Shown here: positions 38,250 to 47,640 of the stretch, piece by piece
Numbering within the stretch: position 1 is the first letter of the stretch
How the letters are laid out: each line of letters begins with the position of its first letter
Assembly (NCBI GenBank): GCA_965206125.1
Contig: CBDBIN010000041.1
Coordinates: 155,674-219,673 of the forward strand
Origin: Terriglobia bacterium
Lineage (GTDB): Bacteria; Acidobacteriota; Terriglobia; 20CM-2-55-15
Direction: 5' to 3'
Length of the DNA stretch: 64,000 nt
Translations under genes and position numbers: made by a program
The notes under the pieces: generated by a model
Told to the model about the DNA's origin: nothing
The model's database searches: none
The model's input: only the letters and a program-made list of their open reading frames with translations

Positions 38250-39046
38250 TGAAAGCGGTCTACAAGCTGAGAAAACTGCTGAGAGGGACAAGAGGCGTCG
38301 CAACCTCTCTGATTGAAGCCACCGCCACCGTCGCCATCGGCGCCGTCTTGGCCGGGGTTGCGGTCGGCAGTGCGATCAATTCCATCAACGACTCGAAGAT
38401 TCAGGCCGCCATCGCGGACGTCCAGGTCATGGGCCAGGCCATCATCACGTTCTACAAGGACAATGCCTTCTTCCCGTTGTACAAGGATGGAAACGAAACT
38501 GGACCGGGCGATGATTTCTTCTTCAACCTGGTGTCCCGAAACGGTACGTACCCGACGGACACGACCGGGGACACCTGGAAGATTGCCGGTGCCGGCACCG
38601 GCTACACCGAGAACAACGCCGCTGGGCTTTTCGGCCATGACTTGCTCGCCACGGACGACGCCATCGAAGGGCACCTGGTCAACAATGCCATCGCCGCCAC
38701 CTTTGATGCCCAGACAGGCCTGCTGTCGGCGGGGGCCGGCTATCCGATCCGGGGGGATTATCCGGGTGACGCGCAACGCGGCTGGGCCGGACCTTACGCC
38801 GGCGTTTTGACGAAGGCGGATCCCTGGGGCAGCAAATACATTGTCAACGTCCGGATGCTGCATACCGGAAACTTTATCGGCCAGGATGCCGAAGAAATTC
38901 CGAATGCCGATCCGAACCTCAATTTCCCGTTGGTTGGCGTGGTCGTGCTCTCCGCAGGACCCGACCGCGCGATCGACACGCCCGCCAACCAGCTGGGCGA
39001 CGTGTTCACCGTCAACAACGACGACATCGTCTTCAGGATCAAGTAA
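38250..39046 (+). CDS. GspG-like (T2SS/T4P) pseudopilin with non-canonical prepilin N-terminus
   Basis: C-terminal GspG signature DPWGSKYIVNV...VVLSAGPDRAIDT...DDIVFRI. N-terminal RG|VATSLIE hydrophobic segment with Glu at +7 rather than +5. RBS GGAAGGAG lies 7 nt upstream of ATG 38250. Confidence 0.6.
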
Positions 39047-39099
39047 ACAAAGAGTTTTAAGCCAGACAGTCAATGTTCAGCCCGGGCGCCAGCCCGGGC

Positions 39100-39660
39100 T
39101 TTTTTTTCTGGTGGGAGGGAACTCGGTCACTACAGTTCCTGGTTCTGTCGGGGCAGCAGTGTCCGAACAGAACCCAGAGCGGTAGCGACGGGGTCGGCAG
39201 GCTCGACTGTTGCGGAATGAGTGTCGGTCAGAACCCAGAGCGGTAGCGACGGGGTGATCCCCGCTCCAAAACCCCAGAGCGGTAGCGACGGGTTCGGAAC
39301 CCGGTCACTACAGTTCCCGGTTCTGTTGGGGCAGCTGTGTCCGAACAGAATCCAGAGCGGCATCGATGGGGTCGGCAGGCTCGACTGTTGCGGAATGAGT
39401 GTCGGTCAGAACCCAGAGCGGTAGCGACGGGGTGATCCCCGCTCCAAAACCCCAGAGCGGTAGCGACGGGTTCGGAACCCGGTCACTACAGTTCCCGGTT
39501 CTGTTGGGGCAGCTGTGTCCGAACAGAATCCAGAGCGGCAGCGATGGGGTCGGCAGGCTCGACTGTTGCGGAATGAGTTTCGGTCAGAACCCAGAGCGGT
39601 AGCGACGGGTTCGGAACCCGGTCACTACCGTTCCCGGTTCTGTTAGCTTTCGGTTGATCT
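39100..39660. repeat. Tandem array: about 2.6 copies of a ~178-bp composite unit built from the REP-like core (CAGAAYCCAGAGCGGYAKCGAYGGGG, at least 8 copies) and the hairpin module (GGAACCCGGTCACTACNGTTCCCGGTTCTG, 4 copies)
   Basis: Direct inspection shows 39221-39398 and 39399-39576 are near-identical (identical 67-aa ORFs in the track). Spacers between the cores repeat identically, so this is unit duplication. Confidence 0.85.
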
Positions 39661-40969
39661 AGAACCCGAAGACCGAGAAGAACAGCCGTTTCGTCGAACC
39701 GCTCGCGTCCGGGTTCGTGATGCTGACCGGGACAAAGCCCGAGGTGCCCAGCAGGAGCCCGGGTACCGTGACCACGATCTCGGTCAGGGCCACGCTGTCG
39801 GGCGTCAGGACCGCCGTACCGAAGTTGACCAGAGTCCCAGCGACGAAACCTCCGCCCGAAATCGTAATCGTGACCGACGGGCTGCCCGGCGCTACGATGT
39901 TTGGATCCAGGGTCGCAATCGTCGGCGCAGACGCGCCGCCAGCTACGGCGACGGTGAAGGACTCCGCGGCCGAGCCGCCGCCTCCCGGCTGCGGCGCACC
40001 GACCGTCAGGAAATAGTCGCCCGAGCACTTGATCGTGACCGTGGCGACGATCTGCTGCGTGTTGACGGCAACCCCGGTGACCGCTTCCGGATCGTCACCG
40101 CAGGCTGAAACGATGGCGCCCGCCGTCGGGCCGAAGTTCGCCCCGTTCAGTATGACCGCCGCGTCATAGGTGTCATCGGGCCTGCCGTCGTCAAACGTCA
40201 GCGGCCCCGCGTCGATCGATTCCAGGACGGGACGCAGGTTGTTCAGGATCAACGGCCGGGCTTCGGACTGTCCCAGCGTCGGCGGCGGGTTCTGCACCGA
40301 AATGGCGAACGAGCCCCCCGTGTCCATAAGCCCCTGCTCCAGTGTCGCCGTCAGCGTCGTGCTGCTCAGGAACGTCGTGGGAAGTGGCTCGGAGCCGAAC
40401 AGCACCACAGCTTCCTCGAGGTAGCCGAAGCCCTTGACCGACAATGTCAGCGACGGAGAGTTCGGTTCGAGCCGCACCGTCGCCGATGTCGGGGTGATCG
40501 AGATCATTCCTGGGACCTGGCTGAAAACGTCCACGAGCAATTCGTTGGACGGCCCGACCGTTGGTGACGGATTTGCGGCGGTGATCGTAAGCGTGCCTCC
40601 CGATGCCAGGTCGTCCGCGGGGATGGTCGCCACCAACTCGGTCTCGTCGACCAACGTGGTCGACCGGGCGACGTCGTTCACCAGGACCGAAGCGTCTTCG
40701 AGGAAATCCGCTCCCAGTACTCTCAGATCGAAGCCCGAGTTTCCGGCGATCAGAGGCTCGGGAATCCCGTCGAGTGCGCTGATCGACGGCGCGGGGCTTC
40801 CGACCACGAAGGCCTCCGGATCCGATGACACCGTGTCGCCACCGGGTCCGGCGTTGCGGACGAGCATCTGTCCCTCGCGACCGAGTACGAGCAGCGTCTC
40901 TTCGAGCCTCGTTCCGAGCATGCCGTCATCGATCAGGGTTGTCGGAAGCGGCAACCCGTCAAACACCAC
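39659..40969 (-). CDS. Secreted/pilus-associated protein made of repeated Ig-like (IPT/TIG-like) domains; possibly the C-terminal part of the upstream prepilin-like gene
   Basis: About 4 repeats of a ~90-aa S/T/G-rich beta-sandwich-like unit. No signal peptide of its own. The upstream ORF's odd basic C-terminus suggests a frameshift joining the two. Confidence 0.45.
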   Translation of the reverse strand: MVFDGLPLPTTLIDDGMLGTRLEETLLVLGREGQMLVRNAGPGGDTVSSDPEAFVVGSPAPSISALDGIPEPLIAGNSGFDLRVLGADFLEDASVLVNDVARSTTLVDETELVATIPADDLASGGTLTITAANPSPTVGPSNELLVDVFSQVPGMISITPTSATVRLEPNSPSLTLSVKGFGYLEEAVVLFGSEPLPTTFLSSTTLTATLEQGLMDTGGSFAISVQNPPPTLGQSEARPLILNNLRPVLESIDAGPLTFDDGRPDDTYDAAVILNGANFGPTAGAIVSACGDDPEAVTGVAVNTQQIVATVTIKCSGDYFLTVGAPQPGGGGSAAESFTVAVAGGASAPTIATLDPNIVAPGSPSVTITISGGGFVAGTLVNFGTAVLTPDSVALTEIVVTVPGLLLGTSGFVPVSITNPDASGSTKRLFFSVFGF

Positions 40970-41118
40970 CTCGCTGCTCGGGATGAAAGGCCCGCCGGTG
41001 ATGGCGATGTCCGTCGCCGGGGATCCGAACAGGATGCTCGGCGGAGTGATCGACTCGATCTCGGGTACGATCAGCGTTCCCGCGAAATCGTTGTCCCTGC
41101 TGTTGGCGTCCGTGATCG

Positions 41119-42267
41119 TCAGCGCAATAGTCTCAGGAGCGAAAGTGAACCCCGTGGCCTGGGGATCCTCCGTTTTCCTCGCTCATGAACTTTGTCATCT
41201 TGATCCGGATGTTGCCACCCTCCTGTGGGGTTTCGCCGAGATTGGTGTCGGGAATCCGGGTCAAGGGTGACTGTATGCGGATCGGAAAAGGTCTGTCCCG
41301 TGGTAGACCCGATTCCGACGACGGTCGGTCCCGCAAAGTTCAGGGTTTCCCCGCTGGCTGCGCGGTCCGACGAATCGTCGAAGACTGTCTGGCTGCCAAT
41401 CTCCAACTTCTCATAGAAGGCGGTCACAGTGTATTCCGCCTTGAAACTGGTGATCGTGATGTCGCTCGATCCATGGTTTTGGATCACAAACTCTACCTCG
41501 CTGCCCGACGACAGTGAGACGCCGCTATCGTTGACGTAAACGAGTCCGGGATCGATTGCGAGACTCCGGTTTCCGAACGGAATGTCAGCGAATGTGTAGG
41601 CTCCGTCGTCATCGGTGTCGGTCTCCTGCTCGACGAAGACTCCATCCTGGGGGTGGTTGATCTTTACGTTTACTCCCACCAGGGGATTCCTTCCAGCATC
41701 CCGTACGTACCCGACAACAGTGGACAACATCTCCGTCCTGTAGATCTCCGTCGTGAGATCGTCTCCTCCTCCAACCGCCGCATCCGGTCCGTAACTGAAA
41801 ACTCGGGCCCGGTACTCCTGCCCTGTCGTCGTGCTCGTAGCTGTTTCGACAACGTACTGGATCGGGTTGCCCCACGCATCGAGATCGATCTGATCGAAGA
41901 ATCGGAGTGGTCCTACGTCGAGGTACGGGCCGGTCCATCCGCGGCCCAGCTTTAGGGAGGTGTCAAAGGTATAGCCGGGCTGAGACCCTGCGATCCAGAG
42001 ATCCTCCAGGGAAGAGGGCAGAGAGCCCATGCCAGCCAGCAGGCCAAAATCCATCCGTGCTTCCTTGGTTACGATACGCGGATTGCCTATCAACGCCCTC
42101 TTCAGCATGGAAAGCTTGGCGATCGTCTCCTGTTCGCGGGAGAAGTTCACTTGCTGATCGACGAGTGTTCCTGTTCCGACCACCAGCAGAGCGGTGATCG
42201 CGACGGAAACGATGGCTTCTAAAAGAGTAAAACCCCGGCTGCACCGATAATAATCCGTGATCGTCAT
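41119..42267 (-). CDS. Prepilin-type N-terminal cleavage/methylation domain protein with a GspG-like segment (DAWGNPIQY) and a CarbopepD_reg-like domain
   Basis: RG|FTLLEAIVSVAITALLVV (Glu+5) class-III signal. VGYVRDAGRNPLVGVNVKI resembles a carboxypeptidase regulatory domain. Confidence 0.55.
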   Translation of the reverse strand: MTITDYYRCSRGFTLLEAIVSVAITALLVVGTGTLVDQQVNFSREQETIAKLSMLKRALIGNPRIVTKEARMDFGLLAGMGSLPSSLEDLWIAGSQPGYTFDTSLKLGRGWTGPYLDVGPLRFFDQIDLDAWGNPIQYVVETATSTTTGQEYRARVFSYGPDAAVGGGDDLTTEIYRTEMLSTVVGYVRDAGRNPLVGVNVKINHPQDGVFVEQETDTDDDGAYTFADIPFGNRSLAIDPGLVYVNDSGVSLSSGSEVEFVIQNHGSSDITITSFKAEYTVTAFYEKLEIGSQTVFDDSSDRAASGETLNFAGPTVVGIGSTTGQTFSDPHTVTLDPDSRHQSRRNPTGGWQHPDQDDKVHERGKRRIPRPRGSLSLLRLLR

Positions 42268-42477
42268 CACTCCGATATTATGGCTTTGGGACCTAGTGGT
42301 TGCAACCATTTGTGGCGTCGTAAGGGACGGTGTGGCGCCGTCGGAACTTGCGGACCGGTTCGTGCTTGGCACGTCACGACCCGGGTTCCTTAAGGTTGGA
42401 CAAATTCTTCCGGAAGCAGAGCGGACCCTCCGGGGAGGGTCCGTAAGGAACGAGCAGAACAGGTGTTGGGCCGCGGG

Positions 42478-43071
42478 TCACCGGATGCGGTGGACGATGT
42501 CGTCGCCGCCGACCGCGAACGCGGCGACGTTGGGGTCCTGGTCGTATTCCGTGTCGAGCGTCTTGTCGGGTCCCGCCGAGATCACGAAAACGGCTTCCTC
42601 CTGGCCAGGCTTCAGGAAAGTCGCGTTCAGGTAATACTTGGTCCCCCAGGGGTCCGTGGAAATATCGTTCATGTAGGCGCCGTTCCAGGCCCGAAGACCG
42701 ATCGTGGTCAGCGCGAGCGAGTTCTCGTTGATGACCGCCGACATGTCGCCGTTGGTGCCTGTAGTCCAGGCGTCATCCGTGCTGTTGTCCGTCGGAACGT
42801 CGCCGTCGGTCTCGAGGGCGTCGTACGCATCCCCGTTCGGGATGTCGGACTGGTCGACGTAGATCGGCCAGATTCGAGTATCCGTATTGAAAGAGATGAT
42901 CGCCGCCGCGATGTTTCGTACGTCGTTTCGCGCCGTGTTGATACGGGCGCGGTCGATGTAGCTGGTGATCATCGGCGTGATGATCGACGCCAGGATCGCA
43001 ATAATCGCAAGCACGACGACGAGTTCCATCAAGCTCCATCCGCCGTTCGCTCTATCTCTTATTGATCGCAT
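42478..43071 (-). CDS. GspG-like major pseudopilin/type IV pilin
   Basis: GG|WSLMELVVVLAIIAILASI (Glu+5), and C-terminal DPWGTKYYLN...VISAGPDKTLDT...DDIVHRI. Confidence 0.7.
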   Translation of the reverse strand: MRSIRDRANGGWSLMELVVVLAIIAILASIITPMITSYIDRARINTARNDVRNIAAAIISFNTDTRIWPIYVDQSDIPNGDAYDALETDGDVPTDNSTDDAWTTGTNGDMSAVINENSLALTTIGLRAWNGAYMNDISTDPWGTKYYLNATFLKPGQEEAVFVISAGPDKTLDTEYDQDPNVAAFAVGGDDIVHRIR

Positions 43072-43311
43072 GGTCTGCTCCTCTTTGAAACGTCTCCCTT
43101 GCCCACTGAAGCACATGAGGTACCATGTTCCCAAAAGGTGTTATCTCATTGAATTCAGACGGATCCGGTCCAGGTATCCCTCATCTCGGGCTACGGAAAT
43201 GGTAGACAATGACCCAGTCCACTCTCGAAACTTGTTGAATATTGACAGTAATTGAAGCAAATTCACGTTTAATCCCTTGATTTTCGGTTAGGTAGCAGGC
43301 TTGCTATCTAT

Positions 43312-45141
43312 TTGAGAAGTATGTCCGAGACTGCACCCGGAAAGGCGACGACGAACCGCCGTGTCGTCGTCGTCATGTTCAGCGACATCGTCGGTTTCAC
43401 CGAGTACTGCGACAAGCACGGTGAAGAGGAAGGCGTAGAGCTCGTCGCTCGCCATGAGGACATGGTCTTCCCGATTATCGAAGCCCAGAAGGGGACGGTC
43501 GTCAAGACCATCGGGGACGCCGTCATGGCCTACTTCGAGGATGCCCCGCACGCCGGGATGGCCGCCAAGGAGATGATGCAGGCCGTCGCGCGCGACAACG
43601 CGGACAGGACCTCCGACCAGCAAATGCAGCTCCGGGTCGCCTTCCACCTCGGTCCTGTCATCGTCCGGAACAACGATCTTTTCGGGGACACCGTCAACCA
43701 GACCTCCCGTATGGCGGGAGTCGGCAAGCCCGGACAGATCCTGATCTCGAAGACGATGATCGATGTCTTGAGCGAGGATTCCAGATTCATCTGCCGTTTT
43801 GTCGGGAAGGCGGACTTCCACGGGAAGACGGGCACCATCGAGCTTTTCGAGATCCTGACCGAGGACCTGGAGCTCACCGAAAAGAAGAAGTCCCGGATCG
43901 TGTCCGACAGCGCGGTCAAGGACGCCCCGGCCGAGGGTCAGGGGCGACTGATTGGGGATAAGTACTTCATAGAAAAGCTGATCGGGGAAGGGGCCTACGG
44001 CAAGGTGTTCAAGGCGCGGCATGCCGAGACCAAGGAAACGGTCGCGATCAAGATGCTGCCCGAGGATGCCTACGCTTTCTACAGCAGGGAAGCCCAGGTG
44101 CTGCGCCAGCTCCAGCCTTGTCCCTACATCATGGCGATCCTCGACGCCCTGGTGGATGAGGATGGTCTCTGCATTGTGATGCCCTACATCGAGCACGGTA
44201 GCCTGCAGACCTACATGAACACGCTGCACGGCGATCCGCTCGAGCCGGGGCAGACGATTTCCCTGATGGAGGAGCTCCTGCTGGGCATCGCGCATGCCCA
44301 TTCGCGCGACGTGATACATCGGGACGTGAAGCCGCAGAACATCCTGCTCGCGAACGGTACCGACGGGATTCTGTCCGACTTCGGCATCGCCCACGCCATG
44401 GAGTCGACCGGGCGCACGAGCACGATGACCCAAGGGACCTCCGGCTATATCGCTCCGGAAGTCACATCAGGACGGTTCGACAGCACGATCGACGTGTATT
44501 CGGCCGGCGTCGTGCTGTACAAGATGCTCGGCGGCGAGTTTCCCGTGGACATGGAGACGCTGCCCCCCTATACGCACCCCGATTTCGTCAAGATCATCGC
44601 CCGCGCCATAGCCGAGCGTCCCAAGCGTTACTCGACCCCCGAGGACATGCTCGGGGATCTCCACGGAATGGCGTCGAAGGTGCTCAGCTCGACGATCGAG
44701 TCGATCGCTCAGTCGGGCGAGGAAAGGGTGCTGGTGGCGGTCGAAGACTCCAGCTGGTCGATCATGGAACCGGCCCTGGAGGCCAGGAAGTTCATCAACA
44801 TCCGCTGCGGGCTCGACAATATCCTCAAGTATGTCCACTGGAAGTATGTCCACTGGCACATTCCCGCCGTAACCGTCCTGGATGCCGCGCTGTTGAACTC
44901 GTCGGGGATCGATGTGAACGAACGCGTCGCCGCATGCAGCGCCCTCGGGACCCGCGTGATCGTGATCAACTGCGGCGCGATCGAGGAAGCCCAGGACCTG
45001 ATCAAGAACGGCGCCGCCGACTGCACCGCCGCCATCGGCGCCCCGCAGTCTCTCGAAGCCCTCACGATGTCCATCGACACCATGATTACCCAGATCCAGC
45101 TCGGGTCCGGGAAGTCGTGGTGGAAACGCATCCTCTCTTAA
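43312..45141 (+). CDS. Fusion protein: class III adenylate/guanylate cyclase domain + Ser/Thr protein kinase domain + C-terminal uncharacterized domain
   Basis: Cyclase block VVVVMFSDIVGFTEYCDKHG...TIGDAVMAYF...FHLGPVIV...GDTVNQTSRM. Kinase block IGEGAYGKVFKA...VAIKM...HRDVKPQNILL...DFGIAH...GTSGYIAPE. Confidence 0.75.
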   Translation: MRSMSETAPGKATTNRRVVVVMFSDIVGFTEYCDKHGEEEGVELVARHEDMVFPIIEAQKGTVVKTIGDAVMAYFEDAPHAGMAAKEMMQAVARDNADRTSDQQMQLRVAFHLGPVIVRNNDLFGDTVNQTSRMAGVGKPGQILISKTMIDVLSEDSRFICRFVGKADFHGKTGTIELFEILTEDLELTEKKKSRIVSDSAVKDAPAEGQGRLIGDKYFIEKLIGEGAYGKVFKARHAETKETVAIKMLPEDAYAFYSREAQVLRQLQPCPYIMAILDALVDEDGLCIVMPYIEHGSLQTYMNTLHGDPLEPGQTISLMEELLLGIAHAHSRDVIHRDVKPQNILLANGTDGILSDFGIAHAMESTGRTSTMTQGTSGYIAPEVTSGRFDSTIDVYSAGVVLYKMLGGEFPVDMETLPPYTHPDFVKIIARAIAERPKRYSTPEDMLGDLHGMASKVLSSTIESIAQSGEERVLVAVEDSSWSIMEPALEARKFINIRCGLDNILKYVHWKYVHWHIPAVTVLDAALLNSSGIDVNERVAACSALGTRVIVINCGAIEEAQDLIKNGAADCTAAIGAPQSLEALTMSIDTMITQIQLGSGKSWWKRILS

Positions 45142-45142
45142 G

Positions 45143-45180
45143 CCAGAACCGAGAGCGGTAGCGACCGGGTAATTCCGGGC
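45143..45180. repeat. REP-like core copy (CCAGAACCGAGAGCGGTAGCGACCGGGT) starting 2 nt after the cyclase-kinase stop
   Basis: Matches the core at 39160-39640. Confidence 0.5.
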
Positions 45181-45354
45181 CAAAGGGCGACCCGTAGGCA
45201 TGTAGTGGGGGCCCGGCCAGACGTTAGAAACTAAAGGAATGGCAGGCGTGGGGGGACCGTGCCCGTTTGAGTTCCCGCTATCATGGGCTAGAAACCCAGC
45301 CAGGGCACTCTCCGAGTCGGGCGAGCGTAGGCGCGGTGGGCCCGACGCTAAGGG

Positions 45355-45437
45355 AAGAACCGAGAGCGGTAGCGACCGGGTGACTCCCAAGCGACCAGTT
45401 CTCATTTCCGACCCCGTCGCTACTGCTCCGGGTTCTG
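45355..45437. repeat. REP-like element as an inverted pair (GAACCGAGAGCGGTAGCGACCGGGTGA ... GACCCCGTCGCTACTGCTCCGGGTTCTGA), predicted long hairpin
   Basis: The reverse complement of the right arm is about 85% identical to the left arm. Both match the dispersed core. Confidence 0.5.
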
Positions 45438-45733
45438 ACTGCGGGGCAAGCAAGGGACACGTCAAGATTCCCGATCTACAGTGACATCAGCTCGGCGAAT
45501 TCTGATGTGCCCGCGGCAGCAGACCTTCAGGGTGACGGCGACGCCCCGACCACGGGAGCCGGATGGGCTCTGACATCGTCGATCGACCTCGATGAATACC
45601 TCAACACGGAAAAGCTGGGCCTAGCGCGACCGGCGCTCGGGGCAAGTCTTTCGGTGATTTCGGCCCAGGCTGTGAGCCCGCTTTTCTCGCCGGTTTCCGG
45701 CGCTGCAGCAGACTACTGGCGAGAAATGCGGGC

Positions 45734-46324
45734 TTAACCGACGAGCATGGCCGCTACCGCCCCGGCACTTAACCAGGGGCCCAAGGCCTGAGGGCCGACG
45801 GCTCCGCCCCAGCGTTTCAGCAGGACGGCTCCGGCAACTCCGAACACCCCGGTGAAGACAAGGGCCGCGATGATCCCCGGCCATCCCAGGAACGCGCCTA
45901 TCATCGCGGACAGTTTCCAGTCTCCCCCACCGACTTCCTTGCTGCGGGCCGCTTCGACCACCGTTGCGGCGATCAGGACGCCGCCGCCGAAAAGGAGGCC
46001 GACAAGGGACAATCCGAACCCGGAAGGAAGTACCCACCAGCCGAGGACGAGGCCCGCCAGAGTGCCGGGAACCGTGATGAGCAGAGGAATGTGTTGGGTG
46101 CGAAGGTCGATCAAGGTCACCGCCAGCAGGGCGAGGGTGAACGATCCGTAGACTGCCACGATAGGCCAGTCGAACCCGTACCGGAGACCGGTTGCGGGCA
46201 GGAGCAACGCCATCCCCCCGACCGCGATAGACCGTTCGGCATTGTGTGCTTGTCGGTGGCGCCTGCCAACCAGAACGTAGGTCGCCAACCCAAGAACTGC
46301 ACCCGTGATGAAGAGCGAAATTAC
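45734..46324 (-). CDS. A24-family prepilin peptidase (short form, no N-terminal Zn/methyltransferase domain evident)
   Basis: TM-rich. Conserved blocks ...LIDLRTQHIP..., GGGDWKL, LGPWLSAGAV. The upstream part of the track ORF is low-complexity antisense overlap. Start assigned at about 46324 (GTG). Confidence 0.6.
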   Translation of the reverse strand, partial: VISLFITGAVLGLATYVLVGRRHRQAHNAERSIAVGGMALLLPATGLRYGFDWPIVAVYGSFTLALLAVTLIDLRTQHIPLLITVPGTLAGLVLGWWVLPSGFGLSLVGLLFGGGVLIAATVVEAARSKEVGGGDWKLSAMIGAFLGWPGIIAALVFTGVFGVAGAVLLKRWGGAVGPQALGPWLSAGAVAAMLVG

Positions 46325-46337
46325 GTGGACAGCGGCA

Positions 46338-47616
46338 TTACCCGCCACTCGAAAGTTCCCGGATCTTCTGTTCGACACTTTCGACGAATTGGGGATACTG
46401 GCTGGAACCGAGTTCGAGGAAGCGGTTGAAATGATCGATCGCCTCGCGGACCTCGCCTTGCTCTTCGTACAGCCAACCGAGGTTGTAGTGGGCTGCGGCG
46501 CTCGCCGGGTTGGCCTGGAGAGCCTCGAGATACAGGATCTTGGCCCGCTCCGTCTCACCCTCGTTCCTGTAATGGTTGGCGAGGTTCGTGATGGCATCGG
46601 CGTTCCGCGGGTTTATGGCGATCGCCCGCTCGTATTCCCGGACGGCTTCCGACTCCTGACCCGCTTCCAGGAGGGCCGTTCCCAGGTTGTTGTGGGCCAG
46701 GTCGTAGTTGGGGTTGATCACGATCGCGAGCCGGAACTCTTCGATCGCAGCGGCATTGTTCGACATCGCCATGTAGAGCAATCCGAGGTTGTTCCTGGCG
46801 GAGGCGTTCCGAGGATCGGCATCGAGAACCTGGATGTAATAGGGCAGAGCTTCTAAGTAGCGACCGGCCTGGTGATAGAGCAGGGCCGAATCGAACGGAT
46901 CGCTGACCGCAGGCTCGACCCGTGGATCGCCTGCCGCCGGCGGATTCGGCGATGATGCGGGATCATCCCCGGCGAGTGTTGTCTGGATCGCGATCTCATC
47001 CTCGCCCGGCGTCGCGGACCCGGGTCCGGTATCTACCGCACCCTCGGGGTCCAGATCCTGGGCAGCGGGCTCGTCTGGTTCTATTGCTAGCGACGGCTCC
47101 GCATCAGGAGCAGGCACGGGTGGCGGCGTTGCGTTGGACGTTTCGGCTTGCTCCATCGTCGGTGGTTCGGGCTCCTGGGCCCCAGAGGCCGGGCCTGGCT
47201 CTTGCTCCCCGGCGGCCACCGGATCGCCCTCTACGACTTCGCCGGTCCCCGCCTCCCCACCGTCCGGGCTCGCCTCTTCTGGCCCGCCCTCTTCGGGTCC
47301 GTCCTCAGGGGGCAACAGGCCATCGTCGTCCGGGAACAGCGGGTCGGTTCCGGGAGCTGGGTCGATCTCGAGCAACTGAGCCTGCTCGGCCATGGGTGAG
47401 GAGGCGGTCCGGTTGATCCAGTAGAGCACCCCCGAGGCAATAATCGCGCCGAGTACAACGACCGGTACGACATAGGTCAGCAGGATCTTCTTTGTCTTGT
47501 TTCCTTTGGCCTGTTCTGCGAAACCGAAGCTCTTGAGGTAAGCCGGCGCCTTCTGAGGCCGCGGACCCGCCCGCCAGCTTCTTTGCCTTGCGCAGTGCGT
47601 CGAGGATGGAGCTCAT
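46338..47616 (-). CDS. GspB/MshN-like protein: N-terminal MSSILDALRKAKK motif, TM helix, Pro/Glu-rich linker, C-terminal TPR repeats; apparent +1 frameshift between the N-terminal 30 codons and the rest
   Basis: ATG at 47616 encodes MSSILDALRKAKKLAGG. The TPR ORF frame is open upstream to that point with no start of its own (…KAPAYLKSFGFAEQAKGNKTKKILLTYVVPVVVLGAIIASGVLYWINR). Confidence 0.5.
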
Positions 47617-47640
47617 GAGCCTCTCTGGTCTGATCTCAGT

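Noticed and set aside
39221-39602. Two identical 67-aa ORFs (39221-39424 and 39399-39602) from the track
   Set aside because: They are translations of the tandem repeat unit. Their identity reflects DNA duplication, not a gene.
39100-39660. Possible CRISPR array (26-28-nt repeats with 15-50-nt intervening sequences)
   Set aside because: The intervening sequences are themselves repeated identically (for example CGGCAGGCTCGACTGTTGCGGAATGAGTGTCGGT occurs three times). The repeats are of two different types in a fixed order. The periodicity is a ~178-bp composite unit. No cas genes are nearby. This is a tandemly duplicated REP-like element.
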